A stretch of DNA of 64,000 nucleotides from an uncultured Chloroflexia bacterium (GCA_963746845.1 CAVVCZ010000004.1:320001-384000), one strand, 5' to 3'; positions 28,618 through 38,430 are shown, counted from the first letter of the stretch. Program-made: numbers and translations. Notes: generated by a model not told the origin, from the letters alone.

Positions 28618-29730
28618 ATGAAGGAGCTGCTGGAGACCCTGGACGGCTGGACGGCCGATGGCGTCGGGATCGGGCGGGCGGTCGTCGTCCGCACGTTCGG
28701 AAGCGCGCCGCGGCCCGAGGGCGCGGTCCTCGTCCGGGCCGACGACGGCCGGATCGCCGGGTCGGTCAGCGGTGGCTGCGTCGAGGGCGCGGCCGCGGGC
28801 GAGATCGAGCGAGCGCGCGCGGACGGCCACAGCCGGGTGATCCGCTACGGGATCAGCGACGAGGAGGCCTGGGACGTCGGTCTGGCGTGCGGCGGCACGA
28901 TCGACGTGCTGATCGAGCCGGTCGTCCCCGCGGTCGCGGTCGCGGGCGCCCGAGAGCGAGGCCGCGCGGTTGCGACGGTGCTGCCGGCGGATGCGCCGCC
29001 GTCCGCGTTCGGGCGGCACGAGCCGGGGGAGGGGAGCCTCCCTTCGCGCCCGATCGTCATTGCGGCGGACGGCTCGCTCGACGGATCGCTGGGGTCGCCC
29101 GCGGACGACGACGCCCTGCGCGCTGCAGCGGCGGACGCGCTCCTGCGCGGAACGTCCCGGACGGTTGCGATCGGGGACCGGCAGGTCTTCGTCGAGGCGT
29201 TCCCGCTCAAGCCGCGGCTCGTGATCGTGGGTGCCGTGGAGGTGGCCCGGTCGCTCGCCGTCTTCGCCAAGGAGCTCGGCTACGAGGTCGTCGTCGTGGA
29301 CGGCCGGGCGTCGTTCGCGACCCCGGAGCGGTTCCCACCCGATCGCGTGGATCGGCTCGTCGTCGGCTGGCCGGACGAGGTCGCCGACGAGATCGGGCTC
29401 GGCCAGGACGACGCGGTCGCGGTCCTCACCCACGATGTGAAGTTCGACGAGCCGGCGATCGTCGAGGCCCTCCGCCGCGGCTGCCGGTACGTCGGCGCGG
29501 TCGGATCGAAGAAGACCCAGGGCGATCGTCGCGCGCGGCTGCGCGACGCCGGTGTCACGGACGAGGAGCTGGCACGGCTCCGCGGCCCGGTGGGGCTGGA
29601 CCTCGGCGGGCGGAATCCGTCCGAGACCGCGCTCGCGATCATCGCCGAGGTCGTCGCCGAGCGGTACGGCGGGAGCGGGACGCCGCTCGTGGACAAGGCG
29701 CGCGCGGTCGAGGCGGCCGTCGTCGCGTGA
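28618..29730 (+). CDS. XdhC/CoxI-family molybdenum cofactor insertion chaperone
   Basis: GSAPRPEGA, GSVSGGCVE, GLACGG, YVGAVGS, GPVGLDLGG. Confidence 0.93.
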   Translation: MKELLETLDGWTADGVGIGRAVVVRTFGSAPRPEGAVLVRADDGRIAGSVSGGCVEGAAAGEIERARADGHSRVIRYGISDEEAWDVGLACGGTIDVLIEPVVPAVAVAGARERGRAVATVLPADAPPSAFGRHEPGEGSLPSRPIVIAADGSLDGSLGSPADDDALRAAAADALLRGTSRTVAIGDRQVFVEAFPLKPRLVIVGAVEVARSLAVFAKELGYEVVVVDGRASFATPERFPPDRVDRLVVGWPDEVADEIGLGQDDAVAVLTHDVKFDEPAIVEALRRGCRYVGAVGSKKTQGDRRARLRDAGVTDEELARLRGPVGLDLGGRNPSETALAIIAEVVAERYGGSGTPLVDKARAVEAAVVA

Positions 29731-30335
29731 CGATCGCGGCCGTCGTCCTGGCGGCCGGTGCCGGCTCCCGGTTCGGCGGGGGCAAGCTCCGGGCACTCCT
29801 TCGCGACCGTCCGATCGTGGTCCACGTCGTCGACGCCGCGCGCGCCGCGGCGCTCGATCCGATCGTCGTCGTCGTGCCGCCGACGGGCGAGCTGGATGAC
29901 CTGGACCTGGGCACGGCGCGACGCGTCATCAACTCGAACCCGGCCGAGGGGCTGTCGAGCTCCGTTCGGCTCGGGCTGCGGGCGCTGGAGCTCGACGCCG
30001 CCGTCGACGCGGCCGTCATCCTGCCCGGCGACCAGCCGCTCGTCCGGCCGGACGTCATCGGCGCGCTGGTCGCGGCGCTCGAGGGGGCTCCGGCGATGCC
30101 GTTCGTCGTGCCGCGCTACGCGGACGACCCGGCGCCGAACCCGATCCTCGCGCGCCGCTCCATCTGGCGGCTCGCCGACGAGCTGGCAGGCGACCGCGGG
30201 TTCGGACCCCTTCTCGCCGCCCACCCGGAGCTCGTCGTCCACGTCGCGGTCGACGGCTCGAACCCCGATGTCGACACGCCCACCGATCTCGAGCGTCTCG
30301 CCGAAGCCGGGAAGCCGCCGTCGGGCGTATCGTGA
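29727..30335 (+). CDS. Molybdenum cofactor cytidylyltransferase (MocA-like)
   Basis: VLAAGAGSRFGGGKL, GDQP, DVDTP; context of MCD-dependent enzymes. Confidence 0.85.
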   Translation: MTIAAVVLAAGAGSRFGGGKLRALLRDRPIVVHVVDAARAAALDPIVVVVPPTGELDDLDLGTARRVINSNPAEGLSSSVRLGLRALELDAAVDAAVILPGDQPLVRPDVIGALVAALEGAPAMPFVVPRYADDPAPNPILARRSIWRLADELAGDRGFGPLLAAHPELVVHVAVDGSNPDVDTPTDLERLAEAGKPPSGVS

Positions 30336-30339
30336 CCGG

Positions 30340-31188
30340 ATGACGACCGCCACCGCCGCTGCGCTCGAGGAGGCCTGGGCCGAACGGGTCCGGGCCAATC
30401 GCGAGCAGGTCGACCAGGTCCGCGAGGTCCCCGACCACGACTTCTACGCCCCGGTCTCGTCGCTGTTCGTCGCCGATCCGCGGCGGACCGGCGAGGAGGC
30501 GCTCGACGCCCTCATCGCGTTGGCCGAGCCGGGCGACCGCTGGCTCGACATCGGCGCCGGGGCCGGCCGGTACGCGCTGCCGCTCGCCATCCACGTCGAC
30601 GAGGTGATCGCCGTCGAGCCGTCCGCCTCGATGCGCAACGCGCTGCGAACCGGCAAGGCGGAGCACGGTCTCGCGAACCTGCGGATCGTCGCCGGTGCCT
30701 GGCCCGACGCGCTCGCGGAGCTCGGCGACCCGCCGGTCGCGGATGTCGCCTTCGTCGCCCATGTCGGTTACGACATCGAGGGGATCGGGCCGTTCCTCGA
30801 CGCGATGGAGGAGGCCGCCGGCCGCATGTGCGTCGCGATGCTCACCGACCAGAGCCCGGCGTCGGTCGCCGACCCGTTCTGGCCGATCGTCCACGGCGTC
30901 GAGCGAATCCCGTTGCCGGCCCTGCCGGACCTCGCGGAGCTGCTCCGGGCCCGCGGCCGGAAGACCGAGATCCAGCGCGTCGAGCGCTCGCCGCGGACGT
31001 TCGACTCGTTCGACGGTCTCGCGACCTTCATCCGACGCCAGCTGTGGATCGCCGACGACGGCGAGAAGGAGCAGCGGTTCCGGGAGGCCCTGTCGATCAT
31101 GGCGCGCGAGCGCGACGACGACGGCTGGACGCTCGCGACCCCACCGGTCGGCTCGATCGGCATCCTCACCTGGACCCCGCCCGACTGA
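30340..31188 (+). CDS. Class I SAM-dependent methyltransferase
   Basis: WLDIGAGAGR motif I, VIAVEPS. Confidence 0.85.
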   Translation: MTTATAAALEEAWAERVRANREQVDQVREVPDHDFYAPVSSLFVADPRRTGEEALDALIALAEPGDRWLDIGAGAGRYALPLAIHVDEVIAVEPSASMRNALRTGKAEHGLANLRIVAGAWPDALAELGDPPVADVAFVAHVGYDIEGIGPFLDAMEEAAGRMCVAMLTDQSPASVADPFWPIVHGVERIPLPALPDLAELLRARGRKTEIQRVERSPRTFDSFDGLATFIRRQLWIADDGEKEQRFREALSIMARERDDDGWTLATPPVGSIGILTWTPPD

Positions 31189-31200
31189 CGCCCAGGTTCG

Positions 31201-31668
31201 TCAGGGGCTCGCTGGCCGCGCGGCGTAGGCCACCCGCTGGAACGGCCACGATTCGTCCAGCCAGCGCGTGACGGTGCGGAACAGCTCCGTGTCGAGATCG
31301 GCGTCCATCGCGCGAACCCACGACTGGACGGTCGCGTCGTGGTCGGCGTCCTTGCCCGGGTAGATGTAGACGCAGCCGATCACCGTCTCCTCGTCCGGCG
31401 CCAGAACGGTGTAGGTGAAGCCGACGCGTGCCATGAAGTCCGCCGCGTGGCCTTCGAGGTCGTTCCGGTTCTCCTCGAGGCTCATCGGGTGCGGCCAATC
31501 GCCATCCGGGAAGCCCGGTGTGGCACGGATGTGATCGATGCTCGACGTCCAGGCGGCGTGGTCGGACGCGTTGTGCTCAGGCCCGAGCGGGCGAAGCCGG
31601 AACCGCGGGTGATCCATGCCCGTCGGCGGGCTGAACTCGGGAGGGACGAAGTCGGACATCCGGACCAT
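31201..31668 (-). CDS. GNAT-like N-acetyltransferase
   Basis: FRLRPLGP..., FTYTVL...VIGCVYIYP family pattern. Confidence 0.75.
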   Translation of the reverse strand: MVRMSDFVPPEFSPPTGMDHPRFRLRPLGPEHNASDHAAWTSSIDHIRATPGFPDGDWPHPMSLEENRNDLEGHAADFMARVGFTYTVLAPDEETVIGCVYIYPGKDADHDATVQSWVRAMDADLDTELFRTVTRWLDESWPFQRVAYAARPASP

Positions 31669-31735
31669 GTTCGCACCTCGTGAAGCGCAGGTCGGCCGGC
31701 GGCGATAGGCTCCCGTCGAAGGGAGACCCGATCGA

Positions 31736-32209
31736 ATGACGACGCCCGGCAGCGGAACGAAGCCGATCAGCACCCTGGTCTGCGTCAGCTGCGGCAAGAA
31801 GAACCGGATCGCGCCGAGCGAGCGCGGTGCTCCGCACTGCGGGAACTGCGGCAAGCCGCTGGCATGGGTGGTCGACGCGAACGAGTCGACGTTCGAGGTC
31901 GAGACGCGGGCCCAGCCAACCGTCGTGGTCGACTTGTGGGCGCCGTGGTGCGGCCCATGCCGGTTCGTCTCGCCGATCCTCGACGAGCTCGCTCACCAGT
32001 ACGCGGGTCGTCTCAAGGTCGTCAAGGTCAACGTCGACGACAACCAGGGTCTCGCCCGCCGGTTCGACGCATCGAGCATCCCGACGATGGTGGTGCTCCG
32101 CGATGGCGCCGTGGTCGATCGGGTCGTCGGGGCGCTGCCGAAGCCACAGCTCCAGGCGCAGATCGCGCGCCATGTGAAGCCCCCGAAGACGACCGAGCCA
32201 GTCCAGTGA
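31736..32209 (+). CDS. trxC: Thioredoxin 2 with N-terminal zinc finger
   Basis: CVSC...CGNC plus WCGPC active site. Confidence 0.9.
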   Translation: MTTPGSGTKPISTLVCVSCGKKNRIAPSERGAPHCGNCGKPLAWVVDANESTFEVETRAQPTVVVDLWAPWCGPCRFVSPILDELAHQYAGRLKVVKVNVDDNQGLARRFDASSIPTMVVLRDGAVVDRVVGALPKPQLQAQIARHVKPPKTTEPVQ

Positions 32210-32233
32210 AGGCCGAGAAGTGCTACTCGGCCT
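32210..32233. terminator. Hairpin directly after trxC; also resembles the right flank of the array repeat
   Basis: AGGCCGAG-aagtgcta-CTCGGCCT; no U-tract. Confidence 0.4.
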
Positions 32234-32338
32234 ACCCCGGCGACCAGTAGACCAGCGGTCAGATGGGCGGCCAGTGCTCCTTCGGACCCAGACGCAGTCG
32301 GGTTCTACCGGGACCACCGGGCGAACTAGACTCCGGGC

Positions 32339-32637
32339 GTGCGACAAGCCCGACTGGCGCTGTTCGTCGGGGTCGTCGGCCTCCTTGCCTGGCCCCTGTC
32401 CTACGCATGGATCCCGAATGCCGGACACAACCCGGAATGGATCGGGGTTGTAGTCCCCGTGGCCGAGTGGGGAGCGGTCGCGTGTGCGGTCATCGCGATC
32501 TGGCTCGGGATCAGGTCACGGCGAGCCGGCGTGACATCGCTCGCAGCCGTCTGGGCACCCGCGTCGGCCTCCTGACGCTCGGTCTGATGGCCATCGCCGC
32601 CTTCGGGATCGCGCCTGCCCTGCATCGAGAAGGTTGA
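32339..32637 (+). pseudogene. Small three-TM membrane protein with a frameshift near 32560 (real or sequencing error)
   Basis: Hydrophobic frame ends at ...AAVWAP; a second frame continues RVGLLTLGLMAIAAFGIAPALHREG*; one extra C in a C-run would join them. Confidence 0.55.
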
Positions 32638-32875
32638 CCATGCGCTAGAGCCGCTGGGCGAGCATCCACGCCCCAGCCGGCCTCCCAACCGCTCGTCGTC
32701 CTCGAGGCCGTCCCGGGCCGCCTGAAGCTCCCACTGGGCGATCAGGCGCTCCGCTTGATCCGGTAGCTCGCCCCCGCCGATAGCCGTTGGAGCGTCGCCG
32801 CCCGCTTGAAGCCGCCTGCCGCACGACGTCGGTGAGGCCATGGCGGCGGTAGGCCGGTAGACTCCGGGGCCTGCC

Positions 32876-34060
32876 GTGTCGACGCCATCGCACTCCCGAC
32901 TCAAGACCCCCGAGGACATCGATCGCGTCGCGGGCATGGCCGATCCCGTGATCCGCAACCTCCAGATCACCCAGGCCTATCACGATCTCTCGGACGCGGC
33001 GGCGGCGCTCCTCGGGCCCGTCGCCAACTGGTGCACGTACGCGACGTGGGCGTCGAAGCAGGCCGGACGCACGATCCGCAAGGAGGACATCCAACGCGCG
33101 CTGGAGGCGGCGTTTCGAACCTCACCGGCCGCGATGGGCGCCTCGAGCGAGGTCATGACGGAGGCAAGCCGATTCGGCGCGGACATCTCTGTCAGCGACT
33201 CGCTCCGGTCTGTTTGGGAGGTCATCGATCCTGCGGCCGCACTGGATCAGGCCAGCGCCGCGGTTGCCCGTGGCAACCTCCGCGTGTTCGAGGAGATCGG
33301 CCGCGAGTTCGCGCGCTTCGACGTCGAGTGCGGCGGGGATGCGGCCGTCGACCCGGACACCCTCGCCCGGTTCGTGGAGGGTCTTGTGCCGGGCGAACCG
33401 CCCGAAGGACAGCGCTACCTGCGCCAGGCCTTCTCCCATTACCACCAGGCGCGCTTCGAGGTCAACCCGATGACGCGCGCCCAGCTCGTCCTGCTCGCCA
33501 ACCTGGAGATCGGTTTCCACGAGCAGACCCGTCTCCAGCCGGAGATTGCGGCTGCGCTCAACGCCGCCGTCGTGGATCCACGCGACAGGCGGGAGCGCGT
33601 CGTCGCGGCCTTGTTCCCGGATGCCGGCTGGATCGTTCGGTCGCGTGTCTTGATCGCCCGGCTGCGCGGGCGACGCACGCTGCTCGATCTCGCCATCGAC
33701 GCGCTGGTCCTCGAAGAGCAAGCGCTCGTACGCCGCGTCCTGACTCGTCACTTCATGTCCATCGACCTCGGGGCCGCCCTCCACCTCAGGCTCGGCGAGG
33801 ACCTCGGCGCGGACTTCCCGCCGTCACTTCGGGAGATCGTCCTGCCCGAGCTCCGCCAGCTTCTCGATCGGATCGATCCGACGCGTGATGACCCGCGGGA
33901 ATCCGGTGCCGTGGACTGGGCCGATCTCGATGATCGGGTGCATTTCATCGCCGAGATGTTCCGGTGCTTCCAGGAATCACCGTTCCTGTTCGACCCGCCA
34001 TTTACGCCGGCACAGCTGCTACTGCTCGACGCCGGCGAACGACCGCCAGATCCGCTCTGA
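32876..34060 (+). CDS. Hypothetical protein (array gene 1)
   Basis: 394-aa ORF with coding-like composition (RNLQITQAYH, ANWCTYATWASKQAG, EIGFHEQTRLQPEI); function not recognised. Confidence 0.75.
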   Translation: MSTPSHSRLKTPEDIDRVAGMADPVIRNLQITQAYHDLSDAAAALLGPVANWCTYATWASKQAGRTIRKEDIQRALEAAFRTSPAAMGASSEVMTEASRFGADISVSDSLRSVWEVIDPAAALDQASAAVARGNLRVFEEIGREFARFDVECGGDAAVDPDTLARFVEGLVPGEPPEGQRYLRQAFSHYHQARFEVNPMTRAQLVLLANLEIGFHEQTRLQPEIAAALNAAVVDPRDRRERVVAALFPDAGWIVRSRVLIARLRGRRTLLDLAIDALVLEEQALVRRVLTRHFMSIDLGAALHLRLGEDLGADFPPSLREIVLPELRQLLDRIDPTRDDPRESGAVDWADLDDRVHFIAEMFRCFQESPFLFDPPFTPAQLLLLDAGERPPDPL

Positions 34061-34154
34061 TGCCACGGCGGCTGACGGGTCGAGGAGCGGCCACCTCGGC
34101 GGTCCCGGGCCCGCGGGAAACGCGCCGCTACCGTGGCCGCCTGGTTCGGCCCGA

Positions 34155-34184
34155 TAGACCTTTCCCTTGCATTGCTACACGGCC
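34155..34184 (+). repeat. Array repeat copy 1
   Basis: TAG-ACCTTTCCCTTGCATTG-CTACACGGCC. Confidence 0.9.
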
Positions 34185-34496
34185 GTCGCACATCGACGGA
34201 ACCGACCCGCGGGGCTGGTGACGACACCACAGACCATGCACAGCTTCACCCGCCAATCGTCCGCAGGGTTGCTGGCGCGGTCTATTCGCTCGCGGTGCTA
34301 CGCCCCTGGAGCCATACTCGATGGCTCCACTACGGGCGGCGGTGAGGATCCGACGTGCTCGACCAGCGGCGGTCGTTCTGGGCGCGGTGCTCTCGCGCTT
34401 GCTGACGGACGCATGACTCGGATCACTCCGAGCAGACGGGCGGCATGGAGCCGGGGTCCGCATGAACAGCGTGATGCCGGACGCAAGGAGGCTGCG

Positions 34497-35189
34497 ATGA
34501 GGCTGTTCGAGCTTGCCTACGCGTGCCGGGTCTATGGCCACATGACCGATTACGACAACGCTCTAGTGCAATTCCGCAAGGTTGCACAGCCACAGCTCGA
34601 CCCATCTCGTCCGGAGCAACAGGTGGCGCTATTCCGCTGGCTCAACGAGTGGGGGTGTCGGCAGTTCGCGAAGCAGCATCACGCGACCGTCGCCGCAGTC
34701 TCGCTCGTGCGATGGGCAGATCGGTGGCTCGGCTCGTTGCCCGGACCTGACGCTCGACTCGAAGAACTCGGTCCAGCGGAGCTCAAGCGGGCGGCCGATG
34801 CATACGGTGCGCTCCAATCTCAGATAGCAAGCCACCGAGGTGCGAGCTCGACACCCGTCAGGTTCGGAGCTACCGGCGCGGCGAAGACCCTGTTTGCGTT
34901 GCGACCGAACGTCTTCGCACCCTGGGACGATCCCATCCGCGTCAGATTGCACCTCGACGGCGGGCGATCCAGCTTCGCCACCTACTTGGCGGTAGTAGCT
35001 GACCACCTGCGCGCGCTGTCAGCGGAGGCGGGCGTGCCTGTCGCGGACCTGCCGGCCCTCGTTCGGCGCCCGGGATCGACACCGCCGAAGCTCATCGATG
35101 AGTACAACTGGGTCGTGATCACGAGGAACAGCCGTCCCCCTTCGCGTGCGGAGTTGGCGCAATGGCTGCAATGGGCAGACCTGCCCTAG
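34497..35189 (+). CDS. Hypothetical protein (array gene 2)
   Basis: AAGGAGG RBS before ATG; motif GATGAAKTLFALRPNVFAPWD. Confidence 0.75.
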   Translation: MRLFELAYACRVYGHMTDYDNALVQFRKVAQPQLDPSRPEQQVALFRWLNEWGCRQFAKQHHATVAAVSLVRWADRWLGSLPGPDARLEELGPAELKRAADAYGALQSQIASHRGASSTPVRFGATGAAKTLFALRPNVFAPWDDPIRVRLHLDGGRSSFATYLAVVADHLRALSAEAGVPVADLPALVRRPGSTPPKLIDEYNWVVITRNSRPPSRAELAQWLQWADLP

Positions 35190-35276
35190 CCATTCCAGGC
35201 TGGCTACCAGCCGCCTCGCGGATGTGCACCGGGTTCAACTAGCCCGCGACTTGGCGCCCCTCGTTCCCGCACTCGA

Positions 35277-35306
35277 TGAACCTTTCCCTTGCATTGGTTC
35301 TTCGCC
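35277..35306 (+). repeat. Array repeat copy 2
   Basis: TGA-ACCTTTCCCTTGCATTG-GTTCTTCGCC. Confidence 0.9.
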
Positions 35307-35440
35307 GTTCCCGGAGATGGACCAACAGGCGCCATCCGGCCGGAATGGTCTCGATCGCGGACAGATGGGTCGTGGCACCGGGACCAGTCGAGCCATGGCT
35401 AGGCACGGGGCCCACGTCCCGTCGCTACAGTTGGATGGCG

Positions 35441-36253
35441 ATGGCCAAGAAGACGCCCCAGGAAGAAATGCGCGAGTTCCTGACCGGGCAGTCACCGGAG
35501 CGGGCCGCGATGCGCCGTTTCTTCAGCCGCCTGCCCAGCGGGCCGAACTGCAAGATTTGCGCTGCGCCGTTCGCGGGACCAGGTGGGGCGGTCCTTGGAC
35601 ATGTGGGCTTTGGTCGCTTCGCCGGTAACCCCACGATCTGCAACTTCTGCATCACGGATCTGCAGCGTAAGGGAGTCCAGGGCGCGGAGATTCCGGTGAG
35701 CCTGCTGTTTGCCGACATCCGTGGCTCGACTGCCATCGGCGAGCGCCTATCTCCGACTGAGTTCCGGGCTTTTCTCGACCATTTCTATCGGATCTCGTCG
35801 AAGGCCGTGGTGGGCAGCAACGGCATCGTCGACAAGTTCGTCGGTGACGAGGTCATCGGCCTGTTCTTCCGTGGCATCAGCGGCGATGACCATGCGGCTG
35901 CGGCCATCAGGGCGGGACGGACGCTGCTCTTGCGGGCGGGACGCGCGGATGTCACGCCGACCGGCCCGATCCCCATTGGCGCTGGCGTCCATACAGGGGT
36001 CGCCTTCGTGGGCTCGACGGCGACGGACGGCGTCGTGAAAGACTTCACGGCACTCGGGGACGTGGTCAACACGACGGCGCGGCTCGCGGGCCATGCCGCA
36101 AGCGGTCAGCTCCTCGTCTCGGTCGAGGCTGCCATGGCGGCCGGCATGGACACTACGGTCCTCGACCGTCGCACGGTCGAAGTTCGCGGCCGCACCGAAC
36201 CCGTCGAGGTCGTCTCCTTGACGATCACGGGCGAGCCGATCGCGGCGAGCTGA
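35441..36253 (+). CDS. Class III adenylate/guanylate cyclase with N-terminal CxxC...CxxC (array gene 3)
   Basis: LLFADIRGST, DKFVGDEV, GAGVHTG, GDVVNTTARL; CKIC and CNFC. Confidence 0.9.
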   Translation: MAKKTPQEEMREFLTGQSPERAAMRRFFSRLPSGPNCKICAAPFAGPGGAVLGHVGFGRFAGNPTICNFCITDLQRKGVQGAEIPVSLLFADIRGSTAIGERLSPTEFRAFLDHFYRISSKAVVGSNGIVDKFVGDEVIGLFFRGISGDDHAAAAIRAGRTLLLRAGRADVTPTGPIPIGAGVHTGVAFVGSTATDGVVKDFTALGDVVNTTARLAGHAASGQLLVSVEAAMAAGMDTTVLDRRTVEVRGRTEPVEVVSLTITGEPIAAS

Positions 36254-36365
36254 TCGTCAGCGTGGCGGGAAGTACCTGAGCATCAGGATCGTCGCTATTC
36301 GTCTTCCTGATGGTGATGAAGCTGGGAGCCTCACCGACGCCACCAGACGCGGCCCTCCGCCCGGA

Positions 36366-36395
36366 TAAACCCTTCCCTTGCATTGCTACATGGCC
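36366..36395 (+). repeat. Array repeat copy 3
   Basis: TAA-ACCCTTCCCTTGCATTG-CTACATGGCC. Confidence 0.9.
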
Positions 36396-36492
36396 TTCGC
36401 AGCGGCTAGCGATTCGGGGACCTGACTTGAACGCGCGTCCGGCCGAGGTCGCCGAGTGGTGATCGCTGTCTGTCCATGGCTATGCTGGGGAC

Positions 36493-37119
36493 GTGGTGCG
36501 TGACGGCTACTGGCAGAACGTCTACCTGACGCGGCCGCCTGCTGAGGTCGGCTGGTACGAGCCGGACCCGGTTGTATCCCGGCGTCTGGTCGCGGAGGCC
36601 GTTCGCGGTGGGGCTCAGAGCGTCCTCGACGTCGGCGGGGGAGCCTCGTCCCTGGTAGACCATCTGCTCGACCTCGACATCCCACGCATCGCCGTGCTTG
36701 ACGTGTCCGACGCCGGGATGGACGTGTCGAGGCGCCGCCTTGGCAGTCGCGCGAGTCGAGTCGAATGGATTGTCGGTGACGTGACGAGCGTGAGCGACGT
36801 GGGTCAGTTCGACATCTGGCACGACCGTGCCGTCTTTCACTTCCTGGTCGAGCCTGAGGACCGCGCGGCCTACGTCCGTCTTGCGCAAAGGACGCTCGGC
36901 CACGGAGGAACCCTGTTCGTCGCGACCTTCGCCCCAGATGGCCCAGAGCGATGCAGTGGGCTACCAGTCTGCCGGTACGACGGCGACCTCCTCGCGCAAA
37001 CCCTGGGACCAGCCTTCCGACTCGACGCCACCGAGCGGTACACCCACACGACGCCGGGTGGCGTCGCCCAGGCCTTCGTTTACGCGGCCTTCGCACGCGT
37101 CGGCAACGTCCTCGACTAG
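36493..37119 (+). CDS. Class I SAM-dependent methyltransferase (array gene 4)
   Basis: VLDVGGGASSLVD, WHDRAVFHFL, TFAPDGPERCSGL. Confidence 0.9.
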   Translation: MVRDGYWQNVYLTRPPAEVGWYEPDPVVSRRLVAEAVRGGAQSVLDVGGGASSLVDHLLDLDIPRIAVLDVSDAGMDVSRRRLGSRASRVEWIVGDVTSVSDVGQFDIWHDRAVFHFLVEPEDRAAYVRLAQRTLGHGGTLFVATFAPDGPERCSGLPVCRYDGDLLAQTLGPAFRLDATERYTHTTPGGVAQAFVYAAFARVGNVLD

Positions 37120-37148
37120 ACCAACGGCAACGGCGGCGACCGAACCGC

Positions 37149-37178
37149 TGAACCTTTCCCTTGCATTGGTTCTCGGCC
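37149..37178 (+). repeat. Array repeat copy 4
   Basis: TGA-ACCTTTCCCTTGCATTG-GTTCTCGGCC. Confidence 0.9.
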
Positions 37179-37314
37179 TGCTCCCGTCCTGATCGCCTAG
37201 GGGATGTCGTCGGCCACGAGACGTTGTAATCTGCCGAGACTGCCCGTCTCGGTGCTGATCGCACCGGGCGGGCATTTCTGTATGAGAAGGAGCGACGGGC
37301 GGAGGGAGGCAACG

Positions 37315-38256
37315 GTGACCACGGAGAACGAGGCCCCAGGCAAGGTAGGCGTCGTGAACGTGGGAGGGGCGCACCTTCGGTATCGGATCGAGGGAAAAGG
37401 CCAGCCGTGCCTGGTGGTCGGCTCCAGCGTCTGCTACCCCCGAGTGTTCTCGCAGGACCTGCGCCGGCACCTGCAGCTGATCTTCGTCGACCTGCGGCAC
37501 TTCGTCGACCCGCGAGAACTTCCTTCGGCGGATCCGTCGTTCGATCTCAATCGAATCTCCCTCGACACCTATGCCGACGACATCGAGCAGGTCCGACAGG
37601 CACTCGGGCTTGGCGACGTGGTCGTGATCGGCCATTCCATCCACGCCACCCTCGCGCTGGAGTACGCCCGCCGCTATCCCGAGCATGTCCGAGGCGTGGT
37701 CCCCATTGGCGGGTTCGCTGGAACGGAAGGAGACGAAGCGGCGACCGACGCGCTCTGGGACGCCGCGTCCGACGAGCGGAAGGAGATCTTCGCTCGGAAC
37801 AAGGCCGAGCTGACGTCCGAGCTGCAGGCCAGCCTCTCGCCGTCAGAGTTCTTCGTCCGCCGGTACGTGGCCCTTGGGCCGTGGTACTGGTACGACCCCA
37901 CGACCGATGCTTCCTGGCTATGGGAGGACGTCGTGCCGGACATGCCTGTCTTCACTCGACTGGGGGAGCTGCTCAACCCGTACGACCTGGCCCAGGGGCC
38001 AGGCGAGATCAGCGTGCCGGTGCTCATCGCCGACGGCAAGCATGACTTCGGCAATCCCTGGACGAACTGGGAAGCGCACGCGCACAAGCTCCCCCGCCAC
38101 ACCTTCGCGTTCTTCGAAAAGAGTGCGCACTTTCCGTCGCTCGAGGAGCCGGAGCTCTTCGACCGGACGCTGCTGGCGTGGATCGAGGATCTCGCTCCCG
38201 CTCCCCTGATCTCCGTCGGTTCGACTCTAGGTCGATCACCAGTCACCGAGAGCTAG
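37315..38256 (+). CDS. Alpha/beta hydrolase, proline iminopeptidase-like (array gene 5)
   Basis: GGAGG RBS, GHSIH nucleophile elbow, GKHD, SAHFPSLEEP; its stop codon is the TAG of repeat 5. Confidence 0.85.
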   Translation: MTTENEAPGKVGVVNVGGAHLRYRIEGKGQPCLVVGSSVCYPRVFSQDLRRHLQLIFVDLRHFVDPRELPSADPSFDLNRISLDTYADDIEQVRQALGLGDVVVIGHSIHATLALEYARRYPEHVRGVVPIGGFAGTEGDEAATDALWDAASDERKEIFARNKAELTSELQASLSPSEFFVRRYVALGPWYWYDPTTDASWLWEDVVPDMPVFTRLGELLNPYDLAQGPGEISVPVLIADGKHDFGNPWTNWEAHAHKLPRHTFAFFEKSAHFPSLEEPELFDRTLLAWIEDLAPAPLISVGSTLGRSPVTES

Positions 38257-38273
38257 ACCTTTACCTTGCACTG
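38254..38273 (+). repeat. Array repeat copy 5
   Basis: TAG-ACCTTTACCTTGCACTG. Confidence 0.85.
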
Positions 38274-38430
38274 CTGGTCGGGGTCCTCTGATCGCCCGTT
38301 GATGGCGTCGTATGAGGACTTTCGACCCCCCAATTCCGACCACCGGCCCGGCCTAGACTCGCGACGTGACGAAGCGAATCGCGGCCACTCCTGCGACTTC
38401 GTAACGCGGCAGCCGTAGGGGCGGATCGAC

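Noticed and set aside
32613-32627. CCTGCCCTGCATCG as a seventh repeat copy
   Set aside because: Several mismatches, no preceding stop triplet, and it lies in the coding tail (APALHREG) of the membrane protein.
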